Of a stretch of DNA of 64,000 bases, positions 39,250-52,900 are shown piece by piece. The notes beneath the pieces were generated by a model. That model was not told the origin of the DNA. It did no database searches and worked only from the letters and a program-made list of their open reading frames with translations. Source of the DNA: Phoronis australis (taxonomy: Eukaryota > Animalia > Phoronida). The position numbers and the translations under genes were made by a program. The number at the start of each line of letters is the position of its first letter. The first letter of the stretch is position 1. The stretch is from positions 411,585 through 475,584 of the forward strand of contig NMRA01000058.1 of NCBI GenBank assembly GCA_002633005.1, in the 5' to 3' direction.

Positions 39250-40640
39250 CTTTCCGTGAAACTTCCATAAACCCTCCACTTTCCTCTTCTGTGTCCACTT
39301 CAAAAACATTGGTGAGCAAGAAATTAATCAGTGAGTTTGGTAAGATGGCACAACATGACCACACAGGTTGTACCACTCTTTCGTCAGTCCTCATTCACCC
39401 TTGTCCTTCGTCACAAGGTTTTGGCTGCTCATTTATAGGTTCGCAAGCACACTTGTACAAGGTGATACGGTGATTTACTCGTTGGATGTGAGGTTTCAGT
39501 GCAGACTGGCACGAGAGAAGTTGAGCAAGGCCAATCTTGGACTTGTGAGGATTTCATCTTCACCAACCCTTTTACGTAACATCTTGGCACGAGTAGCATC
39601 TTTCGATGACTCACGACTGCACATGAGGCAGTTGAACTCATCCAACTTACATCGCCACGTTGCCTGAATGCAAGGTGAAATTTTGGATTCTTTTCAAGTT
39701 TTTTAAGGGGCCAACCTTTCCTTTATGTTTAAACGCACTGGTGCAATCTTCTCTAGTGTATACGTAAAATCCAAGTAGAGCTTCACAGTAGTCTTTTCCC
39801 AAGGATTTTGCTAGGATGGAGAGATTCAGTAGTGGAGACCCTGTATCTAGATATAAAGTCAACTTTATGGCGTGCCTGCAGCAGAACGACAGACATCAGT
39901 GTCAGGGATTCTGACGACGTCGTTTAAGTACCAAGTGAGGCAGCGTACTGGAGGTTGCTGTAGATATGTGGGATCTCCTGAGTATGAACCGGAAACATGA
40001 AATCACTTTTATAATTACATTATGACATCGCAAATTAGTTAAGTAAGAAATAATCACACAAAGTTCTGTTCAGAAAAAAGATTACAGACTTCATCGCCAC
40101 AAGATGCCTGTCTACAATCAGGATGGCCATCTCAGTTTTCTTCTACCTGGAAAGTGCTTTCTCACAACTCCAGATTTGCAGTAACAGTTGACAGAGTTGC
40201 TTTTTTGTCATCATTTGCAAGAAAAGTTTTGAAGTCATACGGCTTTTGTGTAGCTGGTCCAACCAAAATTATTTTCTCTGAACTGCCACGTCACAACCGC
40301 TCCTGGCTTTGAGAGATTCAGGGTGGTATAGCTGTCAGTTGAGAACAAGAAGTGCTTCTTCGACACCATTTGATCAAGTACTTGTAAACAGATATTACCA
40401 CGTTGGAGGGAGATTAGCTAACGTATGGAGAAGTACAAAACCATCTTGGATGAACAGATCATCCTCAGTATAATGAATGTCTTCTGGCGCAATGTCGTTC
40501 AGAAGATAATGCGAAACGGAGGCTTTGTTGGTCTTGGAAAAAATGCCTGGTGTTCCAAGACTAGGGGACACGGGTATCAGGCAGTACTTCATGAGTTCTG
40601 GCATGTTCAATGGCTCACCCAGTGTCTGGGATTTAATGGA
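39250..40640 (-). pseudogene. Academ-like DNA transposon remnant (XPG/FEN1-type nuclease region)
   Basis: LMKYCLIPVSPSLGTPG.FSKTNKA; FIQDG; PYDFKTFLAND; ALLGFYVYTREDCTSAFKHKGKVGPLK (H3TH-like); candidate terminus TAGTCGAGTC at 38736. Confidence 0.6.
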
Positions 40641-40964
40641 TTGTTCTAAAACCCCTTTGACACCCACAACCCACAACACCACAACCTGTGGCAATAGATG
40701 CATCTGCGCTTTTTGCACATTTCAAAACCGCATTACGTCTCGGAGCGACTTTCCCATGAGACTTACCTGCACAAGAATTTGACCTAGCTCAAGTCTGGTG
40801 GTTAAAACGGAAAGTGGCGTAAGAACATGACCTGATATAGCGGATTGTGAGTGTGCTATTTTTTGTCATGGAAATAGTTCCGCGAATACCTACCAATAGA
40901 CCATATTCACACCGACAGGAGGCACGTTCCAAAACGAGGCTCGCTACGATAGCTCTGGTGACTT

Positions 40965-41130
40965 ATCCGCATAGTTGTACGCCGCGTTGCTCGAACAGCC
41001 AGAAAAAATACGGACACTCTGTTTTACAATCCCTAAGGACGTTGGGATTCGGAAGCGTTGGGTCCTTGCCATACGCCACGACGATGGAAAATGTCTGTGT
41101 AAAATTTATTACTGTTTTCGAATCATAATT
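40965..41130 (+). pseudogene. Degenerate THAP domain, likely the 5' part of an ISL2EU/Harbinger-like element
   Basis: SCTPRCSN, frameshift, FTIPKDVGIRKRWVLAIRHDDGK; AT|AGACCATATTC at 40896 resembles an ISL2EU-type end; second end not found. Confidence 0.55.
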
Positions 41131-41524
41131 TGTCGCATCTCGGACTGGATGCCGCCATAGCAACAAGGACCGGAGAATCTTCGGCCAGCCAGGCTGTGTT
41201 TTCATAACTATGGGTTGAAGCGCGATGCATTTTTCTTTGCAAAAAGGACAGGGCCTTTAATCCCTCAATTTTGGGGCCAAATATCGGCCCTATTCCCCAC
41301 TCAACACGTGAAATTCCAGACCACAAGGCCTAAAAATCCCCTTTGTTATTGAAAATTTCTCTCCAACGGTTCAAATCACCTGTGACAACGGAGGCCCCCC
41401 CTTGACTGCCGCAAGGAAAATAAACCAGCAAAACATGAAGCGGGAGGAAACTTGTACTGAGTTCGAGCTACTAGGACCGCGGTAGCGGACGAGGGGGGAA
41501 AACACGTTCCGTTTTATTTTGTTA

Positions 41525-41945
41525 CCGTATTCGCCGTAATAACCGCCCACTGCACTTAGAAAAGTTCGGTTCAGAGGGGCGCTTATTATAACCCAAGTCG
41601 ATTGAAACCCGGTCTCCGTAACGGGTGAAATCGGAAGCTAAGAATCATCAAATTTACACTCTGTGACGTATATGTAATCTATAAAAGACTTTCAACAAAA
41701 CTGTGGTGCATTGCTATCAACCTTTGCTGCTAAATTACGATCATGTTACAGAAAATTGTGCTGAAATCCCAGGGCGAAAACTCGCCGACTGACTGCCTCG
41801 AAATCAACGTCTTCGATATGGCGACGTCAATGCTTGAATAAAAATTTTTTCGACTCAAGCAAATTACCTGAAATCCTCATTAAGTTTTATAGTAGCGTCT
41901 CCGAGATTTTTTAAGTTCCCGTGGAGTCTGGATTAATGGCAGGTT
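41525..41945 (+). mobile_element. 5' fragment of the Tc2/pogo-like family seen at 9351
   Basis: TA|CCGTATTCGCCGTAATAA followed by sequence collinear with about 9351-9735. Confidence 0.75.
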
Positions 41946-42013
41946 TAAGTACAAATCTGTGCAACATCATGCCATCTACATGTATGATCATCGTAGTTCA
42001 ATGGAACACGTAT

Positions 42014-42752
42014 AAAGACAAGAAGATGGATAGCTTTGTAGTCAACAAGAGAGTGCAAGCAGTGGATGAGGTTGGTTGGTGGGCAAGAGCTGTGATTTCA
42101 TTTTTTATGACTGAGAAAAAGCTATAGTTATGTAGTTACTGCAACCAAAATTGTTCAGAGGTTCCAAATCTTCAGTTTGGCTACCACCACATTTGCACTT
42201 TTGTATATATTTTATGATTTGAGTTCTAATAAACATTGAACTTGAAGTAATGACGGATGTAATTTTGTTTGGTGTAGCTATAATTTAGAAAAAGTCAGGG
42301 ATGGGTTTACAATTAACTGACTTCTAAGTTGTTTTGATACAAAATAAGAAGATAGCAACCCTAACCGGTACGAAAAAAAGTAGAAGGAGATTTGAATATA
42401 AAGTAATGAAAACAGGTGTGAAACTAATTACAACCAACGTTCCGTTGGGAAATGGTCGTTTGTCAAGATCAACGTAAATTAACGTTTCAGTCTTCTTGTA
42501 ATATTTAAAATTTACCAAGTTAAAACTACTCTACACATTGCAGGCTTTAACTCTGTGCAAATGCCAGAGGAAAACTACTTGGGTGCAATAACAACCATCA
42601 TCTTGTGGAGAAAGTAGTGCTTGCTACTACCTCCCACTTCATTAGCTCAGATCTACATCAATACAAAGGGCATGCTGAATACCCATCCTACAAGTTGTCT
42701 GGGGCTTAGGGAATCAGAGCAGTAAGCAGTGTAAGCGAGAAATTCTCCACAT
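42014..42752 (+). repeat. Repeat family X copy 2 (empty site for the CATG element)
   Basis: Collinear with the other two X copies. Confidence 0.85.
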
Positions 42753-44238
42753 GGTCTTAACTTTGGTTGTAGTTAGGCGATTTTGGTGATTCAAAAACTA
42801 AACATGATTAGCATTTTACAAAAACTTCAGAAGTAGTATTGGTTTATGTTCAAATATGTTATAACTTAATTTTCAATTTTAGCAGCACAGCCCAGTCAGG
42901 CTAGATACGATCTGATCAGAGATTAGAGCAACTATCGAACAAAGAGAGTGGGCCCCCCCAAAAAATAATGCCAGAATAGAGTTAATCACATAACGTAAAA
43001 TTGCCGTGAGAACTTGACAGGGACCTCAGGGGTCTCACACTCCACTGATTTCTCCACATTATTTTGAAAACGCTTTGCCCAGTCACACATTGTGCGTCAT
43101 AAAAGAGATAAGCATACCAGCAGCTGACGTAGAAAGTAGAACTACTTTCGTTTATCACATTGATGCAGACTCACAGTTGAACTGTGGTTTTCTGAAGACC
43201 TCTTACCGTCCCGAGTTGCACCAAATACCAACTCCGGACGGTCTCTCACGACGATCAAGCGTTATGGTCATGTAAGATATTTAGGCTACAGGGGTGATCT
43301 TTCCAGAATCGAACAAGTTGGGAGCAACGGGAAAACACCGGAATGAGCCAAAAATGTCATGCTGAAAAACTCCTGGCATGAAGGTTGTTGAAAGTGGTTT
43401 TAAGACTGGAGATGAAGGGACATCAGAGGCCAGACTATTCCCTGAGTATCCGGCCATGTAGGACCACGAGTAATTATTAAGAATGACTAAAGTAATTGTC
43501 GGGTTTGTTGACTAAAACTTTGCTGGGAAATTGTTGGTTGTCTATTACTGTAGCTCAAGATCATGCCGTTAATAATACGCTTACACGAAAATTACGTATT
43601 TCTAAAGATATGCGTGACTTTTCACCGCTCGTCCTTCGGAGCGGCTTTTACGGGGATCAAAAAGAGTGCAGCGCCAGTCGGATTCAGTTGCAATAACTGC
43701 ATTGTCCGGTGCGAGCAAGACCCAATAAAGTGTAATTACCTTACCATAAACTGTAGTAAACACCTCTGCCTGTACATACTGGCGAATTTTCAAAATGCAT
43801 TAACCAACAGTTTTCGTTAAAAACAAATACCACAGCTGTGTTAAGATGAAAAAACAATCAAGTTTGGTTTTCGATTTTTAAAAATCGATGAACTATTAAG
43901 CTAAAAACTGCAAACATAGGTTACGATTGAAGATAAACGACTGTGCGTATTGACTCGGTGATTTACATACGTTGACCACATATCGCAACACAGCCTGGTG
44001 AAGTAAAGCTCGAAGTGTCTGGTAGCGCACAAATGATTTCAGTGAGACTATCAGCATAAAATCTCAATGCGTAACTAGCCCCATTGTGTGATATGTGATC
44101 AATGTCAATTAACTGGTCATAAAACTTTATTACTTCAGCCCAGTTGTTTTCAGTTGTAAAAACACAACTTCTTAGCTTTTAGTCAGGTCAGTTTTGATAT
44201 TTTATTTGAATTCGTGACGAAAAATACTGCAGAACCAT

Positions 44239-45980
44239 CATGTCGCGAACACATCCACTAAAACAAGAAACTGTAGGAACACGGCATTTATCCACCTTCA
44301 CTCTTATCAGGCTTCTATTGTGAGTCAGCATGCGTGAATAATTGGCTGATAAGCCACCTCTGGAACTACTTTCGGCTGAATGGATGACCAGGCCATAAAA
44401 TGATAATTAGCCAAGACCAGTTACTATAATGCAACAAAGAATAATGTCTTGCATCACCTCGCCTTGGTGGAAAGCTGTATACTGTATTGGCTCAAACAAA
44501 CCCTTAGAAAAATTCATTTCACGGGGAGGGGACGCTTATTGTAGTGAGCCTACGGCAGTTGAAACCCGGTTTCCCAAACGGGTAAAATTGGAAGCTAGGA
44601 TTCATCAAATTTACGCTCTGTGACGTAATTGTAGCCTATGACAGCCTTTCTACAAAATTGTGATGCATTGCTATCAACTTCCGTTGTTAAATTACGATAA
44701 TTTTTCAAAAAATTGTGCTCATCACAGGGCGAAAACTTGCCGACTGATGCGTCGCTGAATCGCGATCGTCAATAGGAAAACTTGAACTCTTGAATAAAAT
44801 ATAGTTTCGACTCAACAAATTACCTGAAATCTTCCTGATGTTTTACAATTGTTAAAGTTCATGTGGAGTCCAGATTAATTGCGATTAAGTCCAAATCTGC
44901 GCTACATCGTACCCCACAACACGAGAAAAATCTCTGGATGAACACACATGTTGTTGTCACGTGACGTTTGTTTTGAAGTTCGTCTGCGTATGAGAGTGAG
45001 TGAGCGTGCTTGTGCGGGTCATCGACGACAGACTTTTTTGTTACAAAAGGCGGAGGATTATGCAAGAAAATGGCGTTTACTAGATTGTTTTTCACTTAAA
45101 CAGCTGCAACATGCAAGTTGAGTGCTGGTTAACTCACAGATTTTGCGTGCACAGGCCGACTGTCGTTAGCTCTGCCGTGGAGTATTAATAGTCCAAGGCT
45201 CGATCTACGTGTTGGGGACGAGGTGAACTACCCGGGCTGTGTGAAATTTCTGGGTCTAACGGAGACGCAGTGGTCAGCCAGCTCGCTGTATCAAGACTAT
45301 AGTCAAAATCCAAATTCGTTTTATCGTGTCCCTGTCAATAATAACGGCATGCTAAAGCCTTCTTAATTTTCGTACTGCAGGAACATAACAATCACGTGTT
45401 TTGTACACATACGCGCACGCCGCAGATCACATCTCGGAAATTGCCGATTTGACGGATGACAATGAATGAACACAATGTAATTAACAATGTCGTTTTACAG
45501 CTTGTAAGATTCATAATAAACGTACGTATTTAGAATATTGCAATGCATGTGTTCCAAAATCTAAATAACTTGGGTCCTATATTTTTGTATTAGTGCGTGC
45601 CGAATGAAAATAATAGTGAGTGTTGCTGTGTTGCAAGATCTCTTATCCTGGGCCGACTTGAAAAATTCAAAGTTGTACTCCTATTTGTTTTCGCTCCTCT
45701 TTTCAAATATTACAGTAAAAACTACGTAAACTCTCTCTATAAAAAGTACAGTCTGCTTGCTAGATTGTAATCAGCTGATCATATCCGCATGAGCGAAGCC
45801 AATTATCCTCGCTCGTGACTCGATGACTAGAGCAGCTTGGCGGCATCCCTTTGATCGTGAGCCGAGTGCGACTCGGCCAAGGTGGATAAATACGGTCTAG
45901 TTCAATTTTCCATACCCCGCCGTTTACCTTAACCAGTGGGGTTAGGACCAATCTTATTTAGTGGGAATGTTCATAGCATG
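44239..45980 (+). mobile_element. Unclassified CATG...CATG-bounded non-autonomous element, copy A (1742 bp)
   Basis: Ends CATGTCGCGAACACATCCACTAAA and TTTAGTGGGAATGTTCATAGCATG (imperfect TIR of about 25 bp); same boundaries in three copies. Confidence 0.85.
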
Positions 45981-48920
45981 TACCTCACACTTTTGAATTT
46001 GTTGTTGAGACGCTTTTCAAGTACATCAGCTCTGGCCCTAAGTGCATATGAATATTTATCTACGCTTTTTGACTCGTTTAGTTCATTCTGTTCGAAAAGT
46101 TTTAAAATTAGCAAAATATGTGTTTAAAAGGATTTGAAGATTCTTGTCGATTAGTATCACATAATACATCACTTTTCGTTTTGTTGGCATAATTTTTGAA
46201 ACTATTCCAACGGCGCATTAATTACGGTAGTGACTCGACGAAAACAAATTTTCGTCGTGCAACGTGGTCGGGCATTTCTTAACATGATGATTTTTCAATA
46301 GACGGCTACTTTGGCGATGTTTAGTGTAGCGAGAAACTGCAGGCACTGGTCGACCTGCCGACATATGGGCGGATGTAGTGATCGACGAGGTCGTCACGTT
46401 GTCTACTACTTGGTGGCGAGTACAGTTATGCTGAACAAAATCCGCGCTCGAGTGCTTCCACAGTAAGAGCAAGAAAGGCCCAAGCTGTTTTTATTATACT
46501 TTTCCTCTATTTTAGTATGTTTATTGTTCATTTTGGTGCGATGATGTCTAAGCCAGTCAGTCTAACAATTGTTGTTAGCCGGTTAGGTATAGGGTTCTTT
46601 GCCGTTTGGACCCGGGAGTTACTACACCCGGGCTATTAGTAAACAGTATGACTGCGCCAAGTGTGGAGTAATTCTGCACATTTCGGCGTATAAATTATCT
46701 CAGTTTAACAGTAATGTCTGAATCATATTAACACAATATTATTAATTTACGATTCCAAAATCTTGAACTTTTCATTTCGTTAAACTTTATTTCACTCATA
46801 AGTATCTAACAAACCTCCTAAAATTTCGTCATGAAAACACAATCAGATCACAATAGTTCAAACTCAGTTGCAGTTCTTGTTGACCCATAGATCATTGTAA
46901 TAGGCTAACCTATGGTTTGACTCTGATATAATTACATAATAGCTTGTTGAATAGTGCTGATGACATCATGCCAACAATAGAACTAAACTTTCATGAAACA
47001 GGAGCACTTGTAGATGTGGGTCCATTGTTTCCTGACCTCACAGGGATAAACCTTATTTGTCCTTTTGCATTGATTAGCTATGGAATGTTGGTTGAACAAA
47101 TCTGATATGGTGCTGCCCCGGGTCTCCTTACTGGCGATCATATTTTGTAGACCGAGTTACCTGATTTGTGTACTTTATTATGCTGAACATTTTGCGATAT
47201 TATTCCAGAGAGACTGTGGATGCCCTTCTGTCTAGTTGTGCTCTGTAGTATTTTTGTAGACATTTTGTTTTTAATTCATAGATATATTATAGACATCCAA
47301 ATTTCCATTTGAAGTTCTACCTGTAATCCATAGTGTGATACATGGTAGTTAGTAACTGTATAGCTGTTGTGTGACCCTGTGCCTTTAGGATATTGGTACC
47401 TGATCATTTTGGACAGCTTTAATACACCTTCGCCTGCGAATATTTACTTGACTCTGCTTTTGTTTTATGTCCGTATTAAGAAGGGATTTTACTCTGTGTA
47501 TATAGTTGTCTTCACAGTGATTTGGAAAGTGATGTTCTGATTTATCTATAAACCTCACTTTTGCTCGAGAAACCTGTTATGTTTGTAAAAACTTTTACTT
47601 TAAATAAAATATTTTAAAACCTCATGTCTTTCTTTTGCGATTGGTAATCGAATGTCACATCACTTCGATTTTTAAGCTGAAAGTTTTCAATCCAAATTTA
47701 CCTGTGATTAACAGTTCATCTGTTCATGTACTTAATTCGATATTAACCTTTACTTCCAGGTTAAAAGTTGATGTCTTACTTTATGGTTATGATGATGAAA
47801 ATTTTAAAATTTTGCCAACTTGGTATCTCAGTAACAGCTTATCGGAGTCAAAAGAAACAGACGCTATGCTATCCACGTTGTTTTCCAGACTGATTTTTAA
47901 ATAGACATGTTTTTGAATAAGATACTGTCAAAAATTGAGGTTTTAATTGAATGAATTTTATGAAAATATTGGTTTTCATCTTAAAAGCTGCACAAAATAA
48001 AAAAGGATATTTTGAAAACTGATTTTAAGATCTATTCATGACTATGTGAAATGAAATTTGGCCATGCTGACAATACTTTATTTTTCCTGCAACATTGTTT
48101 CTTTGCTAAGTTTTACTAAAAAACATGTTAATTTTAAGACAGATTTGTGTTGAGTAGAAAATTGAATTATATTATTTTTCTATTTTCAGAAGACATGTAC
48201 CTTCTCTGAGTACAATTCTGTAATTTTGCAGAAAATTTGACTAAAAGAACATGCTTCCTGGTGAGGTTATTCACAAGAAATTATCACAATGCTCTACTCT
48301 TTGTAGTATGCACGTTAATTGTTTTACAATAATAGCAACCGTTGTGAATGACCTCTTGACCTGAGAAAGTAGTACCATGAAAGTCAGATATCTTCTGCTG
48401 AGCTGGACAATAGTCATACATCATGCATTAGATTCCAAATAATAGAGGGGCAATAAACTTGGGGCAAAAAAGTGTGCCCTAAACAGGCTAAGTTTCACCA
48501 AGCTTTGCTGCAATATGAGTTAACAATATCAATTGAATTATTCTTTTAATATACAACTAAGCTTCATTGAAACATCTATGAACAACACAAAGTGACTAAA
48601 TTAGATCTCAATAATTTTTAAAACATCGCATATGGCCCAGTGAATGCCGAACTACTTTACTCCAGTACACTAACCGGAAAACTGCTATTTGCGGAAATAC
48701 GTAACTTTCGATCGTTAGCTTGTAGTTGTAATGGAACACATGTGAGGACATCTAAGATGGCTAGCTTTGTAGTCAACGAGAGAGTGCAAGCAGTGGATGA
48801 GGATGTCGGAGGGCAAGATTTCATTTTTTATGACTGAGGAAAAGCTAGAAATTGCAACCAAGATTCTCCAGAGGTTCCAAATCTTCAGTTGGCTATCATC
48901 ATATTTGCACATTTGTATAT

Positions 48921-51900
48921 CATGTCGTGAACACATCCACTAGCACAAGAAACTGTAGGAACACGGCATTTATCTACCTTCACTCTTATCAGGCTTCTAT
49001 TGTGAGTCAGCATGCGTGAATAATTGGCTGATAAGCCACCTCTGGAACTACTTTTGGCTGAATGGATGACCAGGCCATAAAATGATAATTAGCCAAGACC
49101 AGTTACTAATGCAACAAAGAATAATGTCATAGCATCACCTATCCTTGGTGGAAAGCTGTATACTGTATTGGCTCTAATAAACGCTTAGAAAAATTCATTT
49201 CACGGAGAGGAGATTCTTATTGTAGCCTACGGCAGTTGAAACCCGGTTTCCCAAACGGGTAAAATCGGAAGCTAGGATTCATCAAATTTACACTCTGTGA
49301 CATATTTTTAGCCTAAGACAGTCTTTCTACAAAAGTGTGGTGCATTGCTATGAACTTCCGTTGTTAAATTACGATAATTTTTCAAAAAATTGTGCTCATC
49401 ACAGGGCGAAAACTTGCCGACTGATGCGTCACTGAATCGCCATCGTCAATAGGAAAACTTGAACTCCTGAATAAAAATATAGTTTCGACTCAACAAATTA
49501 CTTGAAATCTTCCTTATGTTTTACAATTTTTTAAGTTCATGTGGAGTCCAGATTAATTGGAATTAAGTCCAAATCTGCGCTACATCGTACCCCACAACAC
49601 GAGAAAAATCTGGATGAACGCACATGTTGTTGTCACGTGACGTTTGTTTTGAAATTCGTCTGCGTGTGAGAGTGAGTGGCGGAGCGTGCGTGTGTGGGGT
49701 CATCGACGATAGACTTTTTTGTTACAAAAGGTAGAGGATTATGCAGGAAAATGGCGTTTAATAGATTGTTTTTTCATTTAAACGGCTGCAACGTGCAAGG
49801 TGAGTGCTGGTTAACTCACAGATTTTGTGTGCACTGGCCGACGGTCGTTAGCTCTTCCGTGGAGTAGTAATAGTCCAAGGCTCGATCTACATGTTGGGGA
49901 CGAAGTGAACTACCCAGGCTATGTGAAATTTCTGGGTCTAACGGAGACACTGACGCAGTGGTCAGCCAGCTCGCTGTATCAAGACTATAGTCAAAATCCA
50001 AATTTGTTTTATCGTGTCCCTGTCAATAATAACAGCATGCTAAAGTTTCTTAGTTTTCGTACTTCAGGAACATAACAATCACGTGTTTTGTACACATACG
50101 CGCACGCCGCAGATCACATCTCGGAAATTGCCGATTTGATGGATGACAATGAATGAGCACAATGAAATTAAAGAACGTCGTTTTACAGCTTGTAAGATTC
50201 ATAATAAACGTATTTTGAATATTGCAATGCATGTGTTCCAAAATCTAAATAACTTGGGTCCTATGTTTTTGTATTCGTGCGCGCCGATTGAAAGTAATCG
50301 TGAGTGTTGCTGTGTTGCAAAATCTCTTATCCTCCCATACGAAAAAGTACACTGGAATTTCAGTTGGGACAGGAATTGAAACTCAATTGAGGTTCAATTG
50401 AGATTCAATTGAAATTCAGTTGAAGTTTTTCCCATGTAAATGAATTGATTCAATTCATTAGCATATTCAATAGCCATTCAATAGGAATTCAATAGCCGTT
50501 CAATAGCCATTCAATTCTCCATGCAGTACAGGATCATCCCATATTCAATAACGATTCAATAGCCGTTCAATAGCCATTCAATAGCCGTTCAATGGCCATT
50601 CAATAGCCGTTCAATGGCCATTCAATTTTTCTAACAATACAGAACAATTTGAATTTCAAGTATTTTCTATAATAAATTAACTCTTTCAAAAATATGATGT
50701 ATTGTTGTTAACCTGTTCAAGAGATAAGAATAGTTCACAATCTTCATTCAACATCCTGGCATGCATGAATACAATCAAATCATAGACAACTGAACATTTT
50801 GAAACCTTAAATCGAAACTTGCACAAGTATTACAATTATCATACAGCATCAGTCAAAGAAAAACAAAAACAGAGCCTTAGGCATTTAAGAAGTAGCAGCC
50901 TTTGTAAACATTTTGAAGAATATAATGCTGACTAATTGTAGATTGTTTTTTCAACATTTGTATGCTGAGCCTCTACATGAAATAATCATATGACACTATG
51001 AACTTAGTTGAACATATCCATACGTTGAAGGGTAAATGAGTATTTTATATCCAGTTAGCTAAATAAATGTAGGCGACAAGATAAAAAATACTAATTTCAG
51101 GCATACAAAGCTATAGCAGCAAAATATTAGTTGTCTGAAAAGCACGGTCCACATGTGATACCAGATCTTTAAATGTCGGCATTGTACAGCCTTTCATGGT
51201 CTCTGCAGAACTCTGGAGTCCGCACTTTTCACAGCACTGAGACTTGATATAATCCATTAATTTGAGTTATCTGTCCACAACAGGAACTGATGATCGGCAC
51301 AGTGATGGTAGGTCATTGGACATTAGCTCCCAAGAGTTATAGTCTTTTCACTTCATCATGCATATTTTCAAAGTCTTCTTCTGTACTAAAAAAGTTGAAA
51401 AATATCCAGTTAGAGGGTATCAAATAAAGTATTAAGTAAATTTGAATTTTGTATTGAGGAAATACATGAATGCTTTCTTATTTGATTAGCCATAGTTTTT
51501 AGAAAATTTAATATGCTTTTGACTAAGAGCATTAATAAGGGGGTTATTTGCTACACTAATGGAAACTCATAGCTGAAGTTTGATTTTTAGTCCTATGAGC
51601 AGAACAGTTAATTAAACCATACTGCAGAGACACTATGGGTAGATGACTGGTGGCAATGGCAAACCTCTAATATCCAATACATCAGTGCATATTAAGCTCA
51701 ATTATTTAGTTTCAGTTCATGTAACCAAAATAAAAATTTACTTTTCTCTCATTGCTCTGATGTGAGAATTTTAACACAGAATCATAAAAACGTGTTTCTA
51801 AGTCTCAAATAAAAGTAAATAAAGTATGTTAGGTCGAAACACGATTAACTGACACTTGTCTTGGCAACTACATGCACATGCAGGTTTTAGTCTGTAACCC

Positions 51901-52900
51901 AACTCATTTTGAAATCTGTGCTCTACTACTTAACTTCCATAACCTTAATCAATTGAATCAGTTAAAAAAACTTCCATTTTGTTTGCAAGACTAAAGCTAC
52001 TCATTCATATGTGAAACATAAATGTCATTTAACAATCAAATTGACAAAAATACAATGTTGAAATCAAAAACTCACCATTTAATGTATGCAGTTCTTCACT
52101 ATCCATGCAGAGTTTATGCTGTACCAAAACCGTTTGAAAGGGTTGAAAATCTTAAAGGTCACTTTCCAGGAATGTAACCTTGACAACCAATTGGTAACAC
52201 ATGTTTAAAATAAACATTGCTGGTAACTTGCTAAATCAAACCATCCAGAAATTCAATAGCCATTCAATTCCACAACATCCTGAAATTTTATAAGTCCTCA
52301 TATTCAATAACTATTCAATTCTGAACTGCCAAAATTTTTCTAAGTCCTGGAATTCAATAGCCATTCAATACAGAACAGCTAAAAATTTTCTAAGTGCAGA
52401 AATTCAATAGCCGTTCAATAGCCGTTCAATAGCCATTCAATTGACGGCAAGGGAAGTGCCAATTGAATTTTCATTCAATAGACATATTCAATAGAAATTC
52501 AATTTTCTATTGAAATTCAATTGAATTTCAATTGAATCTCAATTGAAACTCAACTTTTCCTTTTCGTACTGGGCCGATTTGAAAAATTCAAAGTTGTACT
52601 CATATTTGTTTTCGCTCCTCTTTTCAAATATTACAGTAAGAACTGCTTAAAACTCTCTCCATAAAAAGTAGTCTGCTAAGTAGATTGTAATCAGCTGATC
52701 ATATCCGCATGAGCGAAGCCAATTATCCTCGCTCGTGACTCGATGAATAGAGCAGCTTGGCGGCATCCCTTTGATCGTGAGCCGAGCGCGACTCAGCCAA
52801 GGTGGATAAATACGGTCTAGTTCAAATTTCCATACCCCAACGTTTACCTTGACCATTGGGGTTAGGACCAATCTTATTTAGTGGGAATGTTCATAGCATG
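48921..52900 (+). mobile_element. CATG element copy B, inserted in family X and carrying a CACTA-like insertion
   Basis: Collinear with copy A apart from 50334-52573. Confidence 0.85.
50334..52573. mobile_element. CCC-terminated EnSpm/CACTA(CMC)-like non-autonomous element (about 2.2 kb)
   Basis: Ends cccatacgaaaa and ttttcgtactggg; subterminal arrays of aattcaattga and an 11-bp ttcaatagcc(g/a) unit; absent from copies A and C. Confidence 0.7.

Noticed and set aside
44859-45951. Short ORFs recurring in the CATG copies (MKNNLVNAIF..., MVLTP...)
   Set aside because: Conservation is explained by copy similarity; they use non-ATG starts, have variable stops and show no recognisable domain.
50370-50630. 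Iteron- or CRISPR-like ttcaatagcc arrays
   Set aside because: They occur at both ends of one insertion, so they are subterminal repeats.
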